A stretch of 64,000 nt of DNA, from positions 6,149,736-6,213,735 of the forward strand of contig NW_002060947.1 of assembly GCF_000150275.1 (NCBI RefSeq), given 5' to 3'. Below are positions 54,666 through 64,000 of the stretch, one piece after another (the stretch's first letter is position 1; every line of letters starts with the position of its first letter). The notes below the pieces were generated by a model, which was not told the DNA's origin, ran no database searches, and was given only the letters and a program-made list of their open reading frames with translations. Position numbers and translations under genes: made by a program. This DNA comes from Trichoplax adhaerens. Taxonomy: Eukaryota; Animalia; Placozoa.

Positions 54666-57600
54666 GACTAGAATTATTCTTGTCAAGTAGCGAACTATGA
54701 TAATTGTATCAATTGACTTATAAATGATGAATTTGATAACTTGGATAAATGTAAATGTATTTCAGTAGGCAAATACCTTTCAAAATGTAATGTCATCATT
54801 TAAGTAGAGATGCTATTGAATTAATAACGCCATCACCGAGATAAACACAATGCAAATTAATACCAGAACAGCCTATCCTATCCCCTATCAGCTTACACCA
54901 AGGAGTCGAGTCGATTGCAATTCACTCTAAACCAAGTAGTGTCAAGATTATCATCACCGTATGCCCTACAGCAGCATACGAAATTGCAACCCAATGGAAC
55001 CCCTATTACTAAATATAGATATTTTGAGAGAGCTAATAGATAAAAACAGAAGAGATACCATCCATGCCAGCATCAATCAGATTATGGCGCTTGCTGTATC
55101 AAGGTCTGTGTTAAACAAACAGTGATACTGGTCGTACCAATATCGTTCCCATGTAACAAAAACAGATCCTCTTTTTGTTTCTACTGTACTATAAAATGCT
55201 AACTACCCTATATGGTGCACTTAAGGGGGAAAGGATCGTTCAATCCTACCCATTGTATTGGCATATCATTCACAGTGGCAAACTTTAAAATAAATGATCA
55301 AAATTTCTTTTTTGGGCATTAAAAGATTAACGTGGTATTGAAAGTATTTCGAATAATTATCACTTTCAATTGCACAATCATTTCATCTCTGGAAGTGATC
55401 CTTTTTACCTGCCGTGATTGTATCTGTGGCTTATACGAGTACATGTCTTGGCAGCAAGTGTTGTGCAGCCTGCAACACTTGCTCAACCCATTTTCTCATC
55501 TCAACAATCGTTTGATAGAAATAGGTACTGTTTGGACAGTCAATTTGTCCCTGCTTGATTTGATTTGTATTCTCTAGCCTGTAAAATGTACAAATTGAGT
55601 TGTATCGTCTACCGTAGGTGAGATATTCGCTACCTCAGTGGCCATCGGCTCTCACTTTACAGACTATTTACGTATTTACCTAACCAAGGTAATACAGTAG
55701 CGTACAGTAGAGTATGGTATACGTAGCATAATTCAATATTGGAAATTAGATTGCATGGCTAGTATTGTGAACTTGTTCAAAAGTAGTAGTTGGTCAGTTA
55801 CTGGTTTAACTGAAGGGTAGAGATTGAATTTCTAGTCAAAATCTATCCTTACTTTATTATCTTGGCCACCATGAATCAATTCCTAACTTGAAATAGATTC
55901 TACTGTTTATAGAGATATACTAACTAGCTGAGGAGGTATACTGTCAACATAAATGATGATGATTCTACTTTATTCAAGGGGGAAAATTACTTTTGAAAGA
56001 TAGATGATTACTTAATCTTTCTATTGCGGAATGGTGGATGCTTGGTAGTCTAGTTTACAGTCAAGAGTTATGGCACAAATCGGTAGAGCACTTCAATTAG
56101 TGTTGGAACAATTAAGTCACAGCACGTGCTGAGAATGTTCTACAAGAATAAATACATTCTTTGAAACAAAGGCATAACAGGCAAATAATATCAATATCAA
56201 AACTCTTTTATGTGATACTAAGGATGAAGAATAAGCATTAGTTTGTATAGATGTATGGAAAATTAGGGGGGGTAGAAGATATTATAGTGTATTATACAAT
56301 AACAGTTTGACAATCGTTTAAACTAAAAATAAGAATTAAAATAGTTATTTAAATGATGATGTCGCAAAGACAATTGATAGACATCGACTTCTTTTATGTC
56401 GGTTACTCTCAATCAACACTATAGATTGTATTGTTGAAATAGAGAATGGAAGAGAAGATAAGAAAAAAAGTCATGGGGAGAAGTTTCTCTGTGGGAATCT
56501 AAACTGGCCGATTGCATGGTATTTATTGTTTGAACACATGCCGAATTCATTGAAAATCAATACTGTTTAAAGTCGATTGATGGAGAAATCGGCCAGTTTG
56601 GATGGAGCATAGACAAAATGAATGAATTGACAAGGTAACAGAATGTCGATGAGAAGAAAAAGTCGAGGTAGCGGTAACTACTTGTACACTACAATGTGGT
56701 ACTGTACATTGTCGAAAAGACGATTTTGATTGACCTTTCTAGTAATTTCGATAAACTAAAATCAATCACTCATAATTAGCCTTCTATAGGTATTTTCTGG
56801 CCAGGGTATAACCAATCAATGGGTGATATTAACTGATATTAATGTGCGTGTGTGCCGTACACATTACAATCGCTAGATTAATGATCAGAACAATTAGCTG
56901 TTGTACAAAAGTAATAACATTCAGTCGGTGAGACAATCATGATTAAATCGGCTTTAAAGAAAGATAATGCTATGAATCCAATATTGGAGTTCAGTCTGCA
57001 AATGTTGAGCAAGATTTGTGTGTCGTAATAGACTCAAGCATGACGAACGATCAAGAACGACACTGTCGATCGATTATTAAGTTTTAGTTTGAATGAAAAT
57101 TTCCACAATTCAGCGTTACTAATATCAGTGCCAATAAACAAATAACACTTTGGATTTCATCGGAGGAAATGGTATATTCATAAATAGCTAAATATACTCC
57201 AATGCAAGCTATTAGTAGGATACAGGTAGATCATGCATTGACTATCATGTGAGTTTATATGCACAGGGAAATAATTATAAAATTGCTACCGCAATCATTT
57301 CTTAATACTCGTATGACTGATTACTTTCCAATCCGGTATGACTTTACTACAAGAGTTTTCCTATCCTAGGATTGGAATTTTCTTTCCATGCAGAAGCATG
57401 ACACAGAATAGGGAAACTGCAATCGCCATTGACTGCCAATAAATACAGTAGCATCATAAGTGTATCACTCGATATCCAACTGACTAGTTTATCTGTTTTA
57501 TGTTACGAATATGTAATTAAAGCATTTGGACACGAGCGATCCATTTCAATTTTGGAACATCACACGCCATTTACCGTAGAAAGCAACAATCTCCAGTCGA

Positions 57601-59799
57601 TTATGTTATTGTTTTCTTATTGACCAAACTTTGTGATTAAAAGTAATTTAAAACGATCGGAGAAAGTGAACATTTGGAGCAACTCATTGATATCCTGGCT
57701 CTATACTGTACGAGTTTATCCAAGTTTTGTAATGAAAAAAAAATTTTTAACCACCAAAACTTTGATATCGGATGGCTTCTACAGTGTTATTAAAAGAACT
57801 ATTTTTAACCAGCCAATGCGCTTCATGCAATAAACTTGATGATTAGCGGAAGGAGAAACTACAGTTACTTGGTAGCATGCAATCAAATGGATAAACATGT
57901 AGAGTACTTGTCTAATAGAGTCATTGAATCGGTTGATGGTAAAGGAAAGCGAGGAAGTCAGTCATTAAGGGCTGTCGACTTTTACGCCATGGATAGCATA
58001 ATTAATCTCCTGGAAGGGTATTTTCTATTGACCATGGGATGGCCAACTAGTGCCGAAGTATTCGTGAACGCGATTACTACCCTATCCAATGGGAATGTCC
58101 GTAAAGGAAAATTAGTCAACGTGATGAACATTATTTTTGCACTTGCTCTCACTGGAGGAAATGCGAACTGCTTCATACTGTACGTATGGCAGACAGGGAG
58201 ACTGATTTTACAGCTGCTGAGATGGATCGCGTCCTGTAATAAGCGTAAATATGTCAACTTTACTTGCAATTTTTTTTGCACGCCATCTCTACTAAGTGAA
58301 AAATGGTAATACAATACTGCGTTGGTTACTGTTTGTTACAATTACTGTATAAGTGAGAATGGGTGGATGTTTTGATCTGTGCCATTTCATGCATCGCATG
58401 TACTGTAGTATACAGAGTACGGTATGCAGATTAGGATTGATGTTGGACAACGTCTTGGGATTTGAAGTACAGTATACTGGATTCAATTGGAATTTGTCTC
58501 AGCAGTAAGGATTGCAAACATATTCCATTCTTTCCTGGGTACCCATTGAATGACTTGAAGTCAACTTGGTAGTCGGGCTTGATCCATTTGGAAGTATATT
58601 GTAGTATTTTGTTGGGTCGTCATCGACCATCAACAACGACGGCTTGATCAATTAACCTAAATGGCAGTATCACCTTCCAATGATGTCATACTGTATCGAC
58701 TTTAGGAACATGGGGCAGCGTCTTACTAGGAAATAGTGATTATGAAGGATGTTTCAAGTCTATCTAATGGAAATGGTGTTGATACAAATGACTGTTGCGA
58801 CGATGATGTTATTAAATGAGTGACGTTATGAATGTTTAGTTAATGGGAAAGAAATGACGATGATCGATGATAGTACTGTACTCGTCTACTAAACATCAAT
58901 AGGGAAGTAGGCAATATAGTTTCTATCAGCACTGTAGTGTATTCTGAGTAAGCCCTATTTGGACTTTTGACCTGTTTTTTTTTTTCTTTTGCTATTATAG
59001 TACACTATCTACTCGACGAATACAGTCGCTATTGTACTGTATGAATCACAGTTCGGGCGAACTATCTCCATGCCAACTTTATTTTGGATTCCAAGTTCGG
59101 CGGAGCAATAATAATAAGACTAAGTCGAGGATAAGTAGTGGCATGCAAATAATGATCATCATTGGGTGAAATGGAAGTATCCTATCGTTGCTTCAAACCA
59201 CGACGGTCGATTGCAATAGGATTTAGTAAGGGGAAAGGCTTGGCCTCAAGTTGACGAATAAACTCTTGGTCAAGGTTGTCGTTGGTAGACAATTGGGGTA
59301 AAGGAGTCTAGGGCGAAAAATATGCCAAAATATTCCATTGACTTACCTTGCTTTCCAAATCCTTGACGGAAGTAGCAGCGGGAATAAGATGGTCCAATTG
59401 CTGTTCCCCTGCCTAATAGTCTACTGCAGTAGAAATGCTCCTCTATGCCGTGGAATCTTACCTGCCCCCCAATTTCCCTGGCTACCCAGAATATTAATAT
59501 TAATTTTGGCAAGTAAATCGTCAGATAATAAATAATATAATAATTGATTGGCGAAAAAACTGATCTATCTTTCTACAGTACTCTACGTACAGTACCTACT
59601 GTGGACATGGATTGGACTGTACTGTATTGTGTGTTATTCCACTACAGACACATTGTCCAGTCCAGACGTACGGACACCCGCCATGGAGGTTGACTTTTGG
59701 ACCATTGGCTTGGTACTGTACCGGCTTGAATGTACTGTACAGTACTGCTACAGTATAGCGCAGTACAGTACAAAGTGACAGTCTGCACAAGCAAAGTAC

Positions 59800-59849
59800 N
59801 NNNNNNNNNNNNNNNNNNNNNNNNNNNNNNNNNNNNNNNNNNNNNNNNN
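59800..59849. other. Assembly gap (run of N)
   Basis: 50 consecutive n characters; one more n at 59961. Confidence 1.
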
Positions 59850-60081
59850 TTCATTCATGTGTACTGTATCTTATGGCTGCTCAATATTACGGTAGGTGTC
59901 AGTATAGGCTGCAGATTTTATCGGCCTTAATTGGCATGAATGTGCATTAGCAGACATTTGNCGTTTGAAAACAAGTTGGATGCATTTTGCTGGTGTTGAC
60001 GACAACAACTTGTTCCAAAAATCGAGTTCACTATTACAATAAATGTGATTCCATTCAAACAATACCAGCTTCCTGTACAGT

Positions 60082-60109
60082 GTACAGTACAGTGTACACT
60101 GTACTGTAC
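60082..60109. repeat. Perfect 28 bp palindrome built of GTACA/TGTAC units
   Basis: GTACAGTACAGTGTACACTGTACTGTAC equals its own reverse complement. Confidence 0.9.
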
Positions 60110-60388
60110 TGCAGTACCAGGATGATCAACGGACAGTAATGTACAATCGCATGAATATCATTTGATGCTCGATCTTCTACATCTTACTTGACGATATCTT
60201 CAATAGTTATTTTGATCAATCTAGCTACAATAAAAGTGCGTTCATGCCAAGTACCACCACCGGAACATTCTACTGAGTATTGATTTTATTATTTTGCTGT
60301 ACTGTATATTTATTTATTAGGCAAGTTCCTCGACGATCATGACCATTTCCAGTTAATGCATTAATCTACGGTACAGTGTCCACTGTTC

Positions 60389-60440
60389 CTATGGACTGCT
60401 AGAACTGACTACTCATTTCTAGTCATTTCTAGTATTTATG
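60389..60440. mobile_element. Degenerate hairpin element (ATGGACTRCTAGA family)
   Basis: Imperfect inverted arms CTATGGACTGCTAGAACTGACT ... AGTCATTTCTAGTATTTATG. Confidence 0.4.
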
Positions 60441-60525
60441 CTAGACACTCATTCATACTGTTATTCCCTGTATCATGAGCCTACAGTATTTTTCTCCACA
60501 GTCTACAGTACTGTACTGTACTGTA

Positions 60526-60595
60526 ATGGTCCATAGAGATTTTGCTTTTCTTTTATTTCTTTTATCACTCCTTTTATCTCAATGCCATTCAATGG
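60526..60595 (+). CDS. Probable first coding exon (signal peptide) of an unidentified secreted or membrane protein
   Basis: MVHRDFAFLLFLLSLLLSQCHSM followed by a phase-1 donor G|GTAAGG. It has the n-h-c signal peptide pattern. No downstream exon was confidently found in the window. Confidence 0.6.
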
Positions 60596-60734
60596 GTAAG
60601 GTCACGTACTCGGGTGAAGTCAAGCTGCAATCGCTCTTGCAGTCATACAAACTTCAATCGCCCACGACACTACCGATGACGATTACCATGCGCAAACCCA
60701 ACCGTTAATAACAGGCCTACTCGTCATCATCTAC

Positions 60735-61392
60735 TTTACAGGAATAATTTCCTGAAAATTGGATGCTCAGATGGAATTGGAAAGCATAGTCGTAGTATAC
60801 AAGAGTATTGACAGTATGTTTAATCTACTTCTGAAGGTAAACAGTGACATCAGCATTGACAACACACTTACAGGAATAATTTCCTGAAAATTGGATGCTC
60901 AGATGGAATTGGAAAGCATAGTCGTAGTATACAAGAGTATTGACAGTATGTTTAATCTACTTTTGAAGGTAAACAGTGACATCAGCATTCATAACACACT
61001 TACAGGAATAATTTCCTGAAAATTGGATGCTCAGATGGAATTGGAAAGCATAGTCGTAGTATACAAGAGTATTGACAGTATGTTTAATCTACTTTTGAAG
61101 GTAAACAGTGACATCAGCATTCATAACACACTTACAGGAATAATTTCCTGAAAATTGGATGCTCAGATAGAATTGGAAACCATAGTCGTAGTATACAAGA
61201 GTATTGACAGTATGTTTAATCTACTTCTGAAGGTAAGCAGTGACATCAGCATTCATAACACACTTACAGGAATAATTTCCTGAAAATTGGATGCTCAGAT
61301 GGAATTGGAAAGCATAGTCGTAGTATACAGGAGTATTGACAGTATGTCCAATCTGCTTCTGAAGGTAAACAGTGACATCAGCATTGACAACA
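60735..61392. repeat. Near-identical tandem array, 132 bp unit, 5 copies
   Basis: TTACAGGAATAATTTCCTGAAAATTGGATGCTCAGAT starts at 60736, 60868, 61000, 61132 and 61264. Confidence 0.97.
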
Positions 61393-61696
61393 GTTGAGCA
61401 CAGAATCTACCGTCATTGGCGAGAACAGAATGGTGTACGAGTGATAGCCATCAAGTATCGTACTAAACCATGAAGAAAAATGGAAAAAGCTTTTTTATCT
61501 TGATGACACTGATTGTAGGTCATTCACTCAGTGATGGCCAACCATTTTACGCTAATAGAATCACTAATACTAGGGGATTTTCCAGTCATAATTGACAGTA
61601 TTGTATGTAATGCGTTGATGAATTCTTAGGGGAAATCAATGACTTCATTTTTATTATCTGCTATCCAACAGTATCATGAGTCGGCCAATAGATATT

Positions 61697-61828
61697 GAAA
61701 GTAAGAATTTTTTCAATCATACTGCAATATTGTAATGTAAAATTCAGTCACAGCTTCCTACATCGAAAGTAAGAATCTTTTCAATCATACTGTAATATTG
61801 TAATGTAAAATTCAGTCACAGCTTCCTA
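61697..61828. repeat. About 68 bp tandem duplication
   Basis: GAAAGTAAGAAT.TTTTCAATCATACTG.AATATTGTAATGTAAAATTCAGTCACAGCTTCCTA occurs at about 61697 and 61765. Confidence 0.9.
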
Positions 61829-62114
61829 TGGTACGGTAGAGCAGGCCTTTACTGTCCGTTCACGCCTATGGGTAGTCACTCTTGACTATTTTGAGTTGAT
61901 GCGGCAAAAATAAATTATTTTATTTATTTATTTTATTATCTACTATTGACCATAATTATTAGAGGGTAAGACAGACATTAAAATTAGGAATTTTCCAGCA
62001 ACAATGATGGCAATGCAAAAATTGGCTGCCAAATTTGAACATTACAGTATATCAGGCATTTTAATATACAGCGCCCTCTACCGACGCCGTTTCAATTTTA
62101 GCAAATATGAATAA

Positions 62115-62510
62115 TTTATTATCTACTATCTGTAATATATTCCGATATTATATCCAGTTCATCAAATGAAGGATAGAAAATGCAGGGAAAAAATCAGTTT
62201 ATTAAAAATAAGTAGCAAAGAGATAGTGACACATACAAGGCAGAGGTTTATTATCTACTATCTGTAATATATTCCGATATTATATCCAGTTCATCAAATG
62301 AAGGATAGAAAATGCAGGGAAAAAATCAGTTTATTAAAAATAAGTAGCAAAGAGATAGTGACACATACAAGGCAGAGGTTTATTATCTACTATCTGTAAT
62401 ATATTCCGATATTATATCCAGTTCATCAAATGATGGATAGAAAATGCAGGGAAAAAATCAGTTTATTACAAATAAGTAGCAAAGAGATAGCGACACATAG
62501 CAGGCAAAGG
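62115..62510. repeat. Near-identical tandem array, 132 bp unit, 3 copies (no evident similarity to the 60735 array)
   Basis: TTTATTATCTACTATCTGTAATATATTCCGATATTATATCCAG starts at 62115, 62247 and 62379. Confidence 0.97.
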
Positions 62511-64000
62511 GTATGTCAATACATTTGAATTTTGAATCGATTAAACTGATTGTATACGTATTTCAAAATTACAGTATAAGGGATAGGGGATATATCGGAT
62601 CCCCCCTCTCGCCGATAAAAATGACGAGGGACTTATATACTGTACCGTACGTCAACAGATTCAAAAAAGTTATGATTTGCGAAATTCTTGAAATCCTGAC
62701 TTACATAGTCAACAATTTAGAACGAATTAGCTAACCAGAGTCTATATACAGTGCATTAGACCTAAGGATTTTCCAATAAACAGAGCTATGCAAAACTTAC
62801 TACGAGCTTCAACTATTAAAGTATCTTGAGTAATTACAGTGTCGTTCTGACAGCTGTAGACTATGATTTTAGTATGATACATTTAGAAATCAACTAATGT
62901 GTTGTAATAATTCTTAGGAGGATAATGAACTAATAAATTCTATCTACTTAATTGTACTCTATATGATCGTAGATTAACTATGATCGACATTTCAACTTAA
63001 ATCGTTTAGCGGTAATGCTTGCTGCTTACATGCAACAAACAAATCGTTGAGTCAGTCCGTAATAAAGCCATTACTTGTCAAATGCTTTCGCTGTACGCTC
63101 GAACAACAAAGAGTAGAAGACAGTCTTTGATATTCAATAAAGGTTTGATCTACGACAGCATGTCTCCGCTCTTTGCGATCTGCTTTACAGCTATTCATGA
63201 AACTACGATGAAGTACGCTGGCTAATGTTGTTCAATATTAATTAAGCAGTAACCATCTACAAAAGAAGGCTATCTCAACTTTTGCCTTCTAAGCATAATA
63301 AATAACGCAAGAAATGCATATCGAATACACTGGGTAAACGCTCAATGGCATACGTAGCTTCTAGTTTCTACATTACAACATTGGCAACGATTGCTACCGG
63401 CATTCTTATTCTAGTGATAACTTCTAAATAGAAATAATACGGAACACATTTTCGCATAACTTACCGGATTAATTAGCTTTATTTCTATTCGCTAGTGATA
63501 GAAGCAAGCTTCGTCAGTTGTATGCAGTATCAGACATCAGCTGATCAAATTATTGATTAGAAATATTCAATAAGGCATTACGTTCATGTATTACCGCACC
63601 AATTACTGTAAATTGGCTCGTTCTATCGATAAAGATGAGAAATTCAAAATGCATGCGAGGGATAAGCCACCGACTCAATAACCATTGCTATTTATACGTA
63701 TGCTGATTTTAACTAAGTGCGTGTTTTCCACTCTTGGTTTATAATGCTAATGAATCAGCTATTATTTTATTTATAATATCCAACCATCACGAATTAATCC
63801 GGAAGAGAATACGCTGCTCTTTAGGATAGGATCATAAAAATTAATTTTACGCCAGTGCGGCAGCTTTCATGTTAGAGTTTTACTCTGCCAGTGTCTTATG
63901 AACCCTACTGTTGCAAAAATTACATCTATTGCAGTAACTATTCTGCTCATACTCTACTCACTATCTCCAGTACTACAGTATCAATCGTTATATCTTCTTC

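Noticed and set aside
57836-58314. 157-aa plus-strand ORF and overlapping 110-aa minus-strand ORF
   Set aside because: No recognisable domain or convincing exon boundaries. It is long for AT-rich DNA, so a BLAST or RNA-seq check is reasonable, but I cannot support it as a gene.
60735-61392. 132 bp array as a CRISPR array or as a TGA-recoded (selenocysteine or mitochondrial-code) repeat protein
   Set aside because: There are no unique spacers or cas genes and the context is eukaryotic. One 43-codon open stretch among six frames is not rare, and differences between copies are mostly non-synonymous.
63019-63225. 68-aa ORF as a downstream exon of the signal-peptide gene
   Set aside because: No clear phase-1 acceptor and donor pair or protein motif.

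Overview
AT-rich eukaryotic (metazoan) genomic DNA with many short GT-AG introns. It is not prokaryotic, so most entries in the ORF track are exon fragments or noise. The compact, intron-dense style suggests an early-branching animal such as a placozoan (inference only). Genes rebuilt by hand from splice sites, in order: (1) 5' part of proteasome assembly chaperone 1 (PSMG1, minus strand, runs off the left edge); (2,3) a tandem pair of paralogous IRAK/Pelle-like pseudokinases (plus strand) that share HRD->HNN and DFG->HGG substitutions, have no recognisable death domain and carry an N-terminal CCCC motif; (4) ADP-forming succinyl-CoA ligase beta subunit (SUCLA2, plus, 13 exons); (5) a complete Tec/BTK-family tyrosine kinase (minus, 21 exons, about 689 aa); (6) a heavily decayed stretch resembling a NACHT-LRR (NLR-like) gene (minus); (7) an AF4/FMR2-family super-elongation-complex scaffold (AFF/lilliputian, minus) with an unusual 4x repeated helix-LSP[IL]R motif; (8) a probable signal-peptide first exon of a gene continuing beyond the right edge. 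Introns and intergenic DNA hold many locally unique 50-230 bp tandem repeat arrays and a small family of hairpin (MITE-like) elements. The most notable candidate system is the pair of putatively S-acylated, death-domain-less pseudokinases. No rRNA, tRNA or CRISPR array was recognised.
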